Source of the DNA: Raja brachyura | Lineage: Eukaryota | Direction of reading: 5' to 3' | Assembly (NCBI GenBank): GCA_963514005.1 | Contig: OY740795.1 | Span: 27,590,001-27,654,000 of the forward strand | DNA length: 64,000 bases | In this document: one piece after another, positions 1 to 12,200 of the stretch | Layout: every line of letters begins with the position of its first letter | Numbering within the stretch: the stretch's first letter is position 1 | The notes under the pieces: model-generated | Told to the model about the DNA's origin: nothing | Database searches by the model: none | Seen by the model: only the letters and a program-made list of their open reading frames with translations | Program-made: the position numbers and the translations under genes

Positions 1-300
1 CCCCCATCCCCTTCTATATACCCCTTTATTGGGCATCACATTTCATGTCTCTTTTCTCCATATCTTCTTATCTTACTGCCTTTTGTCCTTTCTTCTATGA
101 CCTTTGTCCAACCATTATACCACCCCACAGTAGTATCCACCTATCACTTACCATGCTTTGTTCCACTCCCACCTCTCTTCTAGTTTTTTCTCTCCATTTC
201 TGCATTCAGTCTGAAGAAGGATCCCGACCTGAAACATCACCAATCCATATTCTCCAGAGATATTGACTGACCCACTGAGTTTCTCCAACGCCTTTTGTCT
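1..300 (+). mobile_element. Penelope-like pLTR fragment with degenerate hammerhead core
   Basis: Pyrimidine-rich pLTR followed by CTGAAGAAGGATCCCGACCTGAAACATC (211-238) and the family tail TCTCCAGAGAT..CTGAGTTTCTCCA. Confidence 0.7.
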
Positions 301-594
301 TTTTTGAGTTATTGAGCTTGAAATTAATGGGAAGCAGACGGATGCCCAGAAGGATTGGTAGGTGACCTGCTAGTTACGAATATTTCCTGCCTAAAAGAAG
401 CCAACGTGATATACAAACTCTTGTATTTTCCCCTTCCCCGGTGTGGTCAGAATACCTTCTGACCTGACATCAGCCTGTAAGTGCTGGTGGCAACAGCACC
501 ACGTTCCCAAACTTTAAAACATAGTCTGATCTAGGAAATGCATGTACTTGCTGAGCCTGAACTAAAGAAATTAGATGAAATATGGTCATTATCG

Positions 595-740
595 TGTTAC
601 TGCTTAGGCAAGCTTGCCTTGTGAAAATTGGTTGTCGTGTTTCTTACATTCCATGAGTGATTATCCTTCAAAAAATATCTAATTGACTGTAAAGCACTTG
701 GGGCATCTGAGATTTCTGAGAGATTTTATTATATAAAGGT
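595..740 (+). mobile_element. Ancient SINE 3' remnant (Deu/SacSINE1/AmnSINE1-like tail)
   Basis: AAATTGGTTGTCGTGTTTCTTACATT..CTTCAAAAAATATCTAATTGACTGTAAAGCACTTGGG resembles the recalled DeuSINE tail; a similar copy lies at 20780-20905. Confidence 0.55.
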
Positions 741-2039
741 TTTCTGACTACACTGTTGTACATGCAACAAATCTTCAAAGATGTTCGTAATATTCACTGA
801 GACTTCCCTATTGCCATATGTATGCCAAAAATTAAGATTGTACTGTAATTGGAATGTAACCCATATTAATATATTGTTATCAATGAACAATGGGGAAAAG
901 GTGTATGTTTTCAGTGTGGTGTTCCTAGTACCATTTTGTTTTGTGTTAAATATTTTAGGCAGCAGTCCCGTAATTCAAGATGACTTTACACTTAACTAAA
1001 TCTTCAGGTATAAATGTATTATTTGAATTAATCAGTTAACTAAGTGTCTAAAGAAACTGCCATCAACAGAAACTATGAATAGGAGTATTTCCTTGATGGT
1101 AATTTCCGGCTGCATCACATAATTCAGAGACTATTTATCATGTCGAAATGGGGGTGTAGCAACTCTCATACTTGACCCTATTCAACTAACTGAACATTTT
1201 CCTAATGCGCAATGTTTTCTCTGGGAATATTATTAAGTAGCTGAGAGAACGACATGCATTGATTAATAGTGATTAAATTGAATAAAATATTGGATTGTTT
1301 AAACACCGTTGCAAAGTAATTGTTAAAATCGTTTAATAGAGCAGTAATAAAGTTTATATCTGATGGAAAAGATATATGCTGTGGTATTCTAAGGTAACTG
1401 CTGGGGAGTTGTTAACCTGTCGGAGAGATCTGCAGCTTACCTGCATGCCTGTGTTTTAAGACCAGAAAGTGTTTGCTATTGGCCTGAAGCAATCTCTTCA
1501 TCTGAAATTTCGTGTTTGGCTAAAACTCAAACTTCAAATTTGATTTGTAGCTTTAGATAACTCTTGTTTTTGCAAAGGTGCCGTACTGTCTGTGAGTACT
1601 CTGGCCCAAGGCAACAATTTAATTACAATAAAACATATTGACCTCATTTAAGAACCTGCCAAAATATATTTACAGATTTTGTGTAATTTAGAGAAATTGT
1701 TATTGGATAATCGTGAATTCTTCTCACACAAAGTAGTAATTTGATATAAGCTGCATTTTTTTTCTTCTTGCACTCAGTTATAATGTGGTTGTGCGATATA
1801 ATTATATTAACCTTAACAGGGTACTTTATATACTTTATGAATCTATATCAATCTTTATTTAGGAGAAGCTTTGCTTCAAGTAAAAGGACATAAAACGAAT
1901 ATGTTCAACTCGCATCCAAAAAGGTTCCTCAGATTGATAACAGGCTACTTTATCTGCACCTTTTGATATTTGGATCATTTGATAATTACATTTAGTTTTT
2001 AGATTTCTTTTGAAAGGTCTTTGAACACAATTTTTAACT

Positions 2040-2620
2040 CAGTGTGCCGGGTCAGAAGGTGAGATGCTAATCCTCATACTTATACTGGACTGCACTGGAA
2101 CAGCATATAAGAGGAACGGTAGAAGGCAGAGTAGGATGGAGAATTAAAGTGACAAGAAACTGTAAGTTCAGGGGCAGACCTTTGGGCTAAACTGCGCTGT
2201 TTTGCAAAGTGATGTGGAAGGTCCACGTCATGAACACTGAATATAATGCAATAAATTAGATGTACAGGCAAATTGCCGTATCACCCAGAAGGAATGTTGG
2301 GGGTCACTAGATGGTGGGAATGTCAGAGGTAAAAGAGCAATTGCTAACTTTCCTGTGGTTGTGTGGGAAAGTGGCTTAAGAAGAGGAGCAGGTGCATAAG
2401 GAAGAGTGCCCTAGAGTGAACAGTCCCTTTGTCATGTTAACAAATGATAAAAAGGGCAGTTACTTGTTCACTGGTGGTGACTGATGTTAAAGGTGCTGTA
2501 AATTACAACGTACTGTATGATCTCTTGAATGTGACAGCTATTAGGGTGTAGGGTTGAGACAAAACAACGCTTTGTCATTCTGGATGGTGGCGAGTGTGGA
2601 AGTGCACAAATGTAATTATG
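2040..2620 (-). mobile_element. Degraded Penelope-like element, GIY-YIG region
   Basis: Diverged similarity to the PLE endonuclease-coding end also seen at 9133-9222 and 38300-38470; no intact frame. Confidence 0.45.
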
Positions 2621-3689
2621 TTAACGCAGGAACTGAATGAACTGTCCACTATTTTCTGCTTTTACTTATAACAATGAATCTCAAGATCATACTTTATTAC
2701 CTCCTGGTCAAAACAAATCAACTTGACACAATATATATCAAAGGAATGGAGCAAAGTAAGATGTAAATTGATCATTTTAAACCTGATTCTAGCAAAGGGA
2801 TGATTCAGCAGCACATTAGGCTTATACTTTGGTTTTAGACTTTCCTGTTTCAGCTTTTTATTTTCACTTGTGATTCCAATGCATAGTAAGCCAAGAGCAC
2901 TATCCATCCATCCACTGTTAATTCATGCTGTCAGAAAGTTATGGTTGACAATTGAATGTAGATCTTCGTCTTAGCTAACCTTGAAATAAACTTAGCCTTG
3001 ATTTCATCTTAACCTCCATTAAAATTACAAACTTTCAGGGTGCACTTTCAGTTTTCACTGTTTTTTGTCAGGTTGTTACGACAATGTTTGACCTAAAAAT
3101 TATCTCTATTACTCCTTCCTCAAATATTGCCTAAATAGCTGAACATTTGCAAAATGATCTGTTTTATCTGCAGTGTTTTCCTTTTGTATTGAAATTCATT
3201 CCTGCCTGACCATGGTGCAAGGACAGCAGTTTAATGACATGGGTGCACCACTGATAATGCCCTGTGGGCTGACATCATCAGCTGAAGGTTAACACAGGTC
3301 ACACCAACGTATGATTAGCAAAAGCAAGATTATAACTCTTTGTGGATAATTTCCAATTATATTTATTACCAGTTAGTCTAATGACAACTCAGTGGCTCTC
3401 TCAGCTCAGTTTGCCTCAAAATGTCAAGCACAAATTATATCTAGCATGAGCTGATGTAAGGTTTAGCACTGTTTAAACAATATCACAATGGAAACTGACT
3501 GTTCTCACAAAACTAACTGCACCGCTGTTTTGACATAATTACCATTGGAAAAATTAGGGGTCTTAAAGGATGCTCCTTAAGCATTCTCTTAAGGTACTTA
3601 AGGTCTTATATTTTTTTTAAAGCAGCTCAACATTTTTTTTGTAATTTGAAGAAAAATGCTTACTGCATTATAGCTACCATATCATGGGA

Positions 3690-4345
3690 GGCACAGTGCT
3701 TCACAGCGCCAGAGATTAATTCTGACCTACGATATGATAAAACTTTATTCATCCCCGGAGGGAAATTGGTGCACAATGCAACAGTCATGACGCACAACAA
3801 GGTACACGAAAACTTGAAATTAAAAGTGAAAACAAAAAGAAGTAGACAAGTGACTGTTGGTTGGCTGCCAAGTGCACAGCACCTTCATTGGAACAAATGA
3901 ACAAACAAACACAGACTTATCCCCTGGGCAGAGGACAAACTAGAGTGCCCCCCTCCCCCACACCGGGTCCCCTTTTGTTCTCCCACCATCCATCACAGTG
4001 GTCCCCCCTACGCCGGGTCCTCAATTGTTCTTCACGGCGGCCCCCCACACCAGGTCCCCATTGTCATCCACTCTCCACCCCCCCCCCCCCCCCCCACACT
4101 CACCAACCACTGATCACGGGTCGGTCGCGAGACACCACCTCCCCCGATGCGGTCTGTCCATAACTTGGCTGAGTGGGTTTGGTTTTCTCCTACATCGTAG
4201 GTAGGTTTCCCCTAATGTGTAAGTAGAATCTGGGATGAGTTAGGGAGGATGTGCAGAGAATAGTAAAAATTAGATAATTGTAGAATTAATGTAAATGAAC
4301 GATTGATGCTGGGCCAATCACCTATTTCCGGTATAGATCTCTGAT
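3690..4345 (+). mobile_element. tRNA-derived SINE interrupted by a minus-strand insert (about 3730-4145)
   Basis: SINE head CTTCACAGCGCCAGAGA, resumes at GCGGTCTGT..GGTTTTCTCCTACATC; the insert has a minus-strand AATAAAGTTTTATC tail. Confidence 0.55.
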
Positions 4346-5004
4346 TTTGTGACGATCTTTCGATGTCTATTTTTAAACCATGTTAGTCATAGACTAAAGC
4401 ATTCCATATTTCTTGGTTACAGTTGTTTGGATAATGTTAATTGTATAAGGAATACTTTTTTTTAAATCAGTCTTTGCTGTTTGTTTTAATTCATATTTTA
4501 GACCTAATATGATTGCTAGTATTTTTGTGAGAAATAATATTTCAAATAATATGAGAAGCTCAATAGTACAAAAAAAACAAATGTTTAAATTAAGAGGCAA
4601 TTTCACCTCTACTTATCTTGGCTTGACAGAATTCTCTCCATTTCAGCAACCCCCACTGATCTTTCAGACTTCTCCTCTGTAAACTCTTACTCAGTATGAT
4701 GGAAAGTAAAATTTGATTTCATTGAAATTTTAAGATCGATTCAAATGTTTGGTTGCTTTCTTTGTGCAAGGTTGCTTTTTTTGGAGCATATCTTGATATT
4801 GATCTCCATGTTCCTGCATCTATTGTGGTGCTTCCCATCATGATACTCTTCCAAAGCTTAATTAAGTTCATTTTGCAGAAATTATTAATTGTAGTATCTA
4901 TGTAAAAGAGTTGATGTCATGTTGAATCAGTTAATTTAAATTGATTTTGCCTCAAGTATATTGCTTCACCCAATTCAAACATTTAAAAAAATGAGAACCT
5001 TTTT

Positions 5005-5252
5005 CAAGAAGATAGACACAAAATGCTGGTGTAACTCAATGGGACAGAGAGCATCTCTGAAGAAAAGGAATGGGTGACGTTTCGGGTCGAAACCGTTCTT
5101 CGGACTAATGTCAGAGGAGAGGGAGATACATATATAAGGAAGTGTGAAAGCGGCACAAAGGGAATAGAGATCAAGTAAAATGTAGAATAGATCATCGTTA
5201 GCTGGGAGAACGTAACAACAAAGCAACAGATAAAATGTAGTCGGAGACAGTA
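5005..5252 (-). mobile_element. Penelope-like pLTR with hammerhead-like core
   Basis: Reverse complement of 5073-5106 reads AGTCCGAAGAACGGTTTCGACCCGAAACGTCACC; family tail GACACAAAATGCTGG. Confidence 0.75.
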
Positions 5253-6149
5253 ATGGCCCTGTCTCACGGTGCGCGTCCACCCACGAGTGACCCCAAGTGA
5301 AAGAAAAAAAACAGACTCGTGGTTATGTACAAGATTCCAAGTTTATGTTCAAGTGTTTAACCGAGTTCCCACGGGTATGTCATTTCTGCGATGTTCCTCT
5401 CCATTGTTACCAAGTTCCTCTCCCGTTACTCTTGAGCCAACCGTGAATGAAGGTAAGTGTGTGAGGGTGTGAGAAGTCCATGCCGGGTGCCAGCCGGCCG
5501 ACCGCAGCCGCTGTTCTTTCACATCAGTTGCACATCAGATTGTTGGGAGACGGAGTTCAGGGTTCGCCTCCTGAGCTGCTTTGGTGCCCAGGCGTAAGTT
5601 GAGGTGGAGGGAGGTTGGGGGGGGGGGCGCGGACGTCATTAATCGGTCTGGGGTGTCAAGGCTCTTGGGTTAGGCTGGGATCCTTCTCTGTGGGATGATC
5701 TTAGTGCGGGAGACATGTGTAGGAGAGGTGTACTGACTGTGTGGGCAGACACTTTGGTAGTGATTGCCCACCAGTCTCAAAAGCCGGTGTGTCTCCCTGT
5801 TCCTGGGATAGCAGGGGCCAATCAAACAGCACAATACCCCCCTCCCCCTCCACGCCAACACAAAGGGCAAGAAACAGAAACAGCCAGGGTCAGAAACAGC
5901 GGGCAGGCGACAATGACCCACCATAACGCGAGAGAGATCATGCGCTATTGTAGGTCTCCTTTGCACGTTGGTGTTTCTGCCTTTCTCCATCTCATTGTTG
6001 GCCCTGTCTGTCGCCACCCCCACCCCCACCCCTCTGCTTCCCGGCCATGTGTGTGACTCCTTCCCTCCCCTCTCCAGCTCCCCGCCCATTGCACCGGGCG
6101 CGGGGACTTTGCACCGTCTTCACGTCAGCGACGATCCCAAGGCTTTAGA

Positions 6150-6315
6150 CGGAAGGCAGACTCAACAAGCTGGAGTAACAACGCGGGCCAGGTAACATCT
6201 CTGGAGAACGTGGATAGGTGACGTCTTCTGAAGAAGGATCTCGACCCGAAGAGTCACCTATTCCTTCTCTCCAGAGTTGCTGCCTGACCCGCCAAGTTAC
6301 TCCAGCATTTTGTGG
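6150..6315. mobile_element. Fold-back (inverted) Penelope-like pLTR pair
   Basis: Minus arm GCTGGAGTAAC..GGATAGGTGACGTC abuts plus arm CTGAAGAAGGATCTCGACCCGAAGAGTCACC..GTTACTCCAGC. Confidence 0.75.
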
Positions 6316-6564
6316 TGGGCATCAAACAAACCCTCGTCCAGTCGTCTGCTCGTTTTCCAGATCGGCTAATTATACATTTGTTCCCCTGATTACCCCACCC
6401 CCTCCTCACTTTTACCGCAGTTGCACTTACATAACTGTAACTTTGACTTAATAATTGCTGTACTGACTAATCTATTTATTTTAAATGCCAAGCAACATGT
6501 TTCCTACTGCTTCCCCTAATTCCCATTCCTCGAGAAAGGGTTGAAGCTTTTAACTCATAACAAA

Positions 6565-6655
6565 AGGTCACAAAGTGTTGGAATAACTCAACGGGTCAGG
6601 CAGCATCTCTGGAGAAAATGGATAGTTGATGTTTCGGGTCGGGACTCTTCTTCAC
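6565..6655 (-). mobile_element. Penelope-like pLTR fragment with hammerhead-like core
   Basis: CACAAAGTGTTGGAATAACTCAACGGGTCAGGCAGCATCTCTGGAG..GTTTCGGGTCGGGACTCTTCTTCA. Confidence 0.7.
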
Positions 6656-6660
6656 GGCCT

Positions 6661-6955
6661 TTAGTTTAGTTTAGATACAGTGTGGAAACGGGCCTTTCGG
6701 CCCACCGAGCCCATGCTAATCACAATCACCCGGACACTAGTTCCATCCTACACATTGCGGGGCAATTTACAGACGACAATTAACATACAAACCTGCACGT
6801 CTTTGGAATGTGGGAGGAAACTGGAGCACCTGGAAAAAATCTACGTGGTCACTGGGAGAACGTGCAAACTCCGTACGAACAGCACCAGTCGTCGGGATTG
6901 AACTCGGGTCTCTGGCGCTGGGAGGCAGCAACTCTCTACTGCTGCGCCGCCAATG
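6661..6955 (-). mobile_element. tRNA-derived SINE (HE1/V-SINE-like)
   Basis: Minus-strand head TGGCGGCGCAGCAGTAGAGAGTTGCTGCC with B-box GAGTTCAATCC, core TTTCCTCCCACATTCCAAAGACG, (CTAAA)n tail. Confidence 0.85.
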
Positions 6956-7203
6956 TGACATTCCAAGTTTTAGAATGAAGTTAGCCGCTTACAAATCCCA
7001 TTCTCTGCCCAGTGTGGAGAATCATGAATTGCCAAGACACAAGGCACTGTAGATGTTGGTTCCTTTTAAAAAATCACGAATTCAAAGTTATCTATTCAAG
7101 AATAATGTAGTGTGGTTCGTTGGAATTGTCCATACTCAACTTAAAATTGTCCATAATCTATAACTTAAAGATTTCTTAAAGCATTTAGTGAAACACTAAC
7201 CCC

Positions 7204-9090
7204 ATAAAGGCGATATGGGGAGAAAGGATGAGGTACGAAGGTAAGCTAGACAAGAATATAAAGGAGGATAGTAAAATCTTCTTTAGGTATGTGAAGAGGA
7301 AAAAAAATAGTTAAGACTCAAGTTGGACCCTTGAAGACTGAAAAAGGTGAATTTATTATGGAGAATAAGGAAATGGCAGATGAGTTGAACAGGTACTTTG
7401 GATCCGTCTTCATTAAGGAGGCACAAACAATCTTCCTGATGTACTAGTGGCCAGAGGATCTGGGGTGACGGAGGAACTGAAGGAAATCCACATTACGCAG
7501 GAAATGGTGCTGGGTAGACTGATTGGACTGAAGGCTGATAAATCCCCAGGGCCTGATGGTCTGTATCCCAGGGTACTTAAGGAAGTGGCTTTAGAAATCG
7601 TGGATGCATTGGTGATTATAATCCAATGTGCTCTAGATTCAAGGATCAATGTCAGTGGATTGGAGGGTAGCTAATGTTATCCCACTTTTTAAGAATGGAG
7701 GGAGAGAGAAAATATAGACCAGTTAGCCTGACATTGATGGTGAGGAAGATGCTGGAGTCAATTATAAGATATGAAATAGCGGCATGTTTGGATAGGAGTA
7801 TGGATTTACGAACGAGAAATCATGCTTGACTAATCTTCTGGAATTTTTTGAGGATGTAACTGGAAAAATGGACAAGGAAGAGCCAGTGGATGTAGTGTAC
7901 CTGGACTTTCAGAAAGCATTTGAAAAGGCCCCACATAGAAGATTAGTGGGCAAAATTAGGGCACATGGTATTGGGGAGAAAGTGCTGACATGGATAGAAA
8001 ATTGGTTGGCAGACAGGAAACAAAGAGTAGGGATTAATGGGTCCCTTTCAGAATGGCAGGCAGTGACTAGTGGGGTATCGCAAAGCTCGGTGCTGGGACA
8101 GCAGCTATTTACAATAAACATCAATGATTTAGATGAAGGGATTCAAAGTAACATTAGCAAATTTGCTGATGACACAAAGCTGGGTGGCAGTGTGAACTGT
8201 GAAGAGGATGCGATGAGAATGCACCGGGTGACTTGGACAGGTTGGGGGAGTGGGCAGATGCATGGCGGATGCAGTTTAATGTGGATAAATGTGAGCTTAT
8301 CCACTTTGGTAGCAAAAACAAGAAGGCAGATTATTATCGGAATGGTGTCAAATTGGGAAAAGGGGAAGTACAATGGGATCTGGGGGTCCTTGTTCATCAG
8401 TCAATGAAAGTAAACATGCAGATACAGCAGGCAGTGAAGAAAGGGAATGGCTTGTTGGCCTTTATAACAAGAAGAGTTGAGAATCGGAGCAAAAAGGTCC
8501 TTCTGAAGTTGTATAGGGCCCTAATGAGATAATACCTGGAGTATTGTGTGCTTTTTTGGTCCCCTAATTTAAGGAAGGACATTCTTGCCATTGAGGGAGT
8601 GCAGTGTAGGTTTACAAGGTTAATTCCTGGGATGGCGGGACTGTCAAATGCAGAGAATGGAGCAGCTGGGCTTGTGTACGCTGGAGTTTAGAAGGATGAG
8701 AGGGGATCTTATTGAAACATATAAGATTATTAAGGGTTGGACATGCTAGAGGCGGGAAACACGTTCACGATGTTAGGGGATTCCAGAACCAGGGGCCACA
8801 GCTTAAGAATAAGGGGTAAGCCATTTAGAACGGAGACGAGGAAACACTTTTTCACACAGAGAGTTGTGAGTCTGTGGAATTCTCTGCCTCAGAGGATGGC
8901 GGAGGTCGGTTCTCTGGATACTTTCAAGAGAGAGCTAATAGGGCTCTAAAAGATAGCGCAGTCGGGGGATATGGGGAGAAGGCAGGAACGGGGTACTAAT
9001 TGGAGATGATCAGCCATGATCACATTGAATGGCAGTGCTGGCTCGAAGGACCGAATGGCCTACTCTTGCACCTATTGTCTATTGTCTATT
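7204..9090 (+). mobile_element. 5'-truncated CR1-type LINE (ORF2 RT, disrupted)
   Basis: ORFs with KSPGPDG, CLTNLLEFFE, YLDFQKAF, KFADDTKL, RTRGHSL and FFTQRVV motifs; 3' UTR ends in (CTATTGT)n. Confidence 0.95.
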
Positions 9091-9094
9091 GAGA

Positions 9095-9225
9095 ACTGGG
9101 AAGGGGAAGGATGGAGAGAGGGAAAGCAAGAGTTACTTGAAGTTAGAGAAGTCAATGTTCATATTGCTGTGGTGCAAGCTGTCCAAGCGAAATACGAGGT
9201 GCTGTTCCTCCAATTTGCACTGGGA
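9095..9225 (-). mobile_element. Penelope-like GIY-YIG endonuclease C-terminus fragment
   Basis: Minus strand 9222-9133 translates to QCKLEEQHLVFRLDSLHHSNMNIDFSNFK*, typical of a PLE GIY-YIG end. Confidence 0.75.
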
Positions 9226-12200
9226 ATGGGAATGGGGGGGGGGGGGATGAAAGTGTTTAGCAACTTTTTCAAGAAGTTCAAATACATTTCATGAAAAGAA
9301 AATTTGAATTTATGTAAGACCTCTCACAATATCAGAATGCCCTAACTTATTATAGCCACATTTTGAAATGCAGTCACTCTTGGACCTCAAGAAACTGAAA
9401 TGTGAAATATTTCCTGTTGGACAAAAAAGCACATGGTTTAGCTATTCAATATTTCACCCAAAATACAACACATCTGTCAGAGCTATATTGCCATAACTAT
9501 TGCAGTATTAACTTAACCTAATATTTATTTGAATTGGAATAAAGGTAAAGACCTGCTGAGAAAAAGAGTAGGGCAATGATAGTAATGCTGTAACAATGTC
9601 AATGTAAGCAAAATATCCTAAACATCTCCGTGCTTTGCTGTAAACTACTTTGGTCCTTGGCTGATTTGCAGGGATATTTTGGATTCCTGGTGTAAAGTAA
9701 ACATGAGCATTCATTGGTTTAGAATATCTTCCTGTGAGATCCCATTACCAATATTTGCAGATAATTATTATCAAGAGAGCAACACAGATTGGGCACTTGG
9801 CTGAATTATTGATGGCTGTCTGTGCATCACCATATTTTGAAAATCATGAGGATAGATAAATTGATTGGGGATTTTGGTCAAGGATGGGAAGAAGGAAATT
9901 CAGCACAACACATTCTTTGATTGAGATATGTTTATTTTGTGTGGAAACCGTTTTAGTTGAAACCATAACATCTTTCTTAGAGACTAATTTCTGTAGTATT
10001 TGATCCTGCAACAATTATTTACTCCATGAAATTTTGTTCTCTGAAAGCTCTTTGATTTTCATTTGGTCTGTTTTCAGTTTACATTATTTCTAAAACCATC
10101 ATCCCGAGCAATTGTTGGGAGGATCTGTGAAATGTCACAAGTTTTGTTGAATATAACCTTGGCAATGAGCTGCTGCAGGAGGAAAATGTAATGAGGATGC
10201 ATTTCACACAATTTTAACTTAGATAGTTGATGATTATATAGTTCCATCAAATTGTCTAATAATATCCTTCTAAAAATGATAAGTTACAATGGTTGATGGG
10301 GCTTCAATTACATTATCCTTTATTATTTTGATTATGGTCACACCAGGAAGTAAAATTGCCCAGCCTTTGTACACAATTATTATCTGTACGAGTATGTACA
10401 AACTATTTATACACTGTAGCATTGATACCCAGTGATGAGAACACCTGAGATCTACTGGCCGAAAGGCAGCCAATATAGTGTAATATCAAGGAATTTGAAA
10501 ATATAGTACGGTGTTGCATTGAGTGCAAACCACGTTGGCATCATTTTGAGCTGATTATTATCGCATTGCGATAGTGGCCAAACCAAACCATGCATGTGGG
10601 TCTTATGAAATGCCATTGTGAGTTTCTGCTAACTGTATCCATTGACACCCTTCTCTTAATAAATTGGGTGGAATTGTGAGTTAGATTAAATTCTGCACCA
10701 CAGTATGCTCGTCATAGTCTTTTCACATGAGGCAACCATCGTTTCATGTATCTAGTTTATAATAATGAAAATTACGTGCTATAACCATAACATAGATGCT
10801 GTCACAATTCTCCATTGAATATTAAGGAAAAAATATCTAGTATATTATAGGACAGTAGATTAGTTTTAGTTCTTGGAGTTATGAAGGAGTGCCTTGCCAA
10901 TTAAGATCAAAAATCAACAAATAACTGAGTTGTGTTTTTTAGTCAACCAATATATTTGCGGCTAAAGGTAACCGCAAATTAAACATATCATAAGAATTGA
11001 CTTGAAGACAGTTTATGAATTTTTAATATTATGATTGTTGCTTCTGTAGATATGCAATTAACTTTTAACACTGTACTGGCATACTGAATAGATGTTTTCT
11101 GTGAAAACTTTTATATGGCTCATTGAAAGAATTTGCTATAATACATTGTTTTATTATGGTAAAGGCGTTATACTTTATGATACTTTATCAAAAAGTCAAT
11201 GCTTATTTACTGACAATGGTTTAAGAAGATGACATCACTCATATAGTAATTGAAATGAGCACTTTGCAAGCCTCCTTTAAACATAGATATTAGGGTTAAA
11301 CTTAGATCATGGAATTTTGAAATATCAGGAATAAATTATAATGCATTCCTCTCAAAGTGTCTGGTCAAGTTTATAAAGGTGATCACTTGTTAAATGTGTT
11401 ATTACTCTTTGCCAAGTTATGAACTCTAAGATAAAAATTATTAACGATAATATTTCTGGAATATTTTTTGTACCTGAGGAACACTACTTCTTGTGCTTTT
11501 TTTTTTAAAGTTTTAAATTAGTGGAGCATGTTATTGAGCTTCAATTAACAGGCTAAGAAAGTCAAGCAACAGAATTTGTTTTATTGTATTCTACTAATTG
11601 CCGAGGTAGGCAAAGCCTTTTTTTGTGCTATTGATTTTTTGCAGTTTAATTAAGCAACATGTTTTCTCTTTTTAATTGCAGTCATTTTTTTCCGTAAATT
11701 GGAGCCCACAGCAAAATACATATATAATTTGTTTGTAATTAGGTATTAATTGATGGTAGTTGAAGCTTAGCACCCTGTTTCTTTCTTCCTGATTGCCATT
11801 TTATTACTAGTTAGTCATTAATTAATCTGTTTTTCTAATTAGCTTATAAAACTGTTGTTGTAAATGCGATTGAAGTTCAAAGCAAACTAATAAGCTTTTT
11901 CTCACTTGGAAGAGCTGAGATAAAGAACAAGTGAAAATAGGGGGACTGGCTATGTGTTTGTTGGAGGGAGGGGGAAATAAGAATATTTTAGACTTTTTAG
12001 CATATAGACCCTGGAAATTGAAAATCTGCCGTATTACCTACAAGATGAAAGGCTAATTTACACTGAATTTCACTAATTTTGTTCAACCTATGAAATGAAG
12101 AGCTGTCACCTGCTCAGTGTTGCATTGACAACTGTGCCAGTGATCCATGAAATAAGCTGCTGCATGCTTTGTTCTGATAAGAATGAACAAATCTGCACAA

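Noticed and set aside
1392-1443. Inverted AGGTAACTGC / GCAGCTTACCT stem
   Set aside because: A 10-bp imperfect stem is expected by chance in 64 kb; no other support.
5670-6195. Overlapping 60-139 aa ORFs in a GC-rich patch
   Set aside because: No recognisable domain or splice structure; lies among TE fragments and is likely a non-autonomous element interior.
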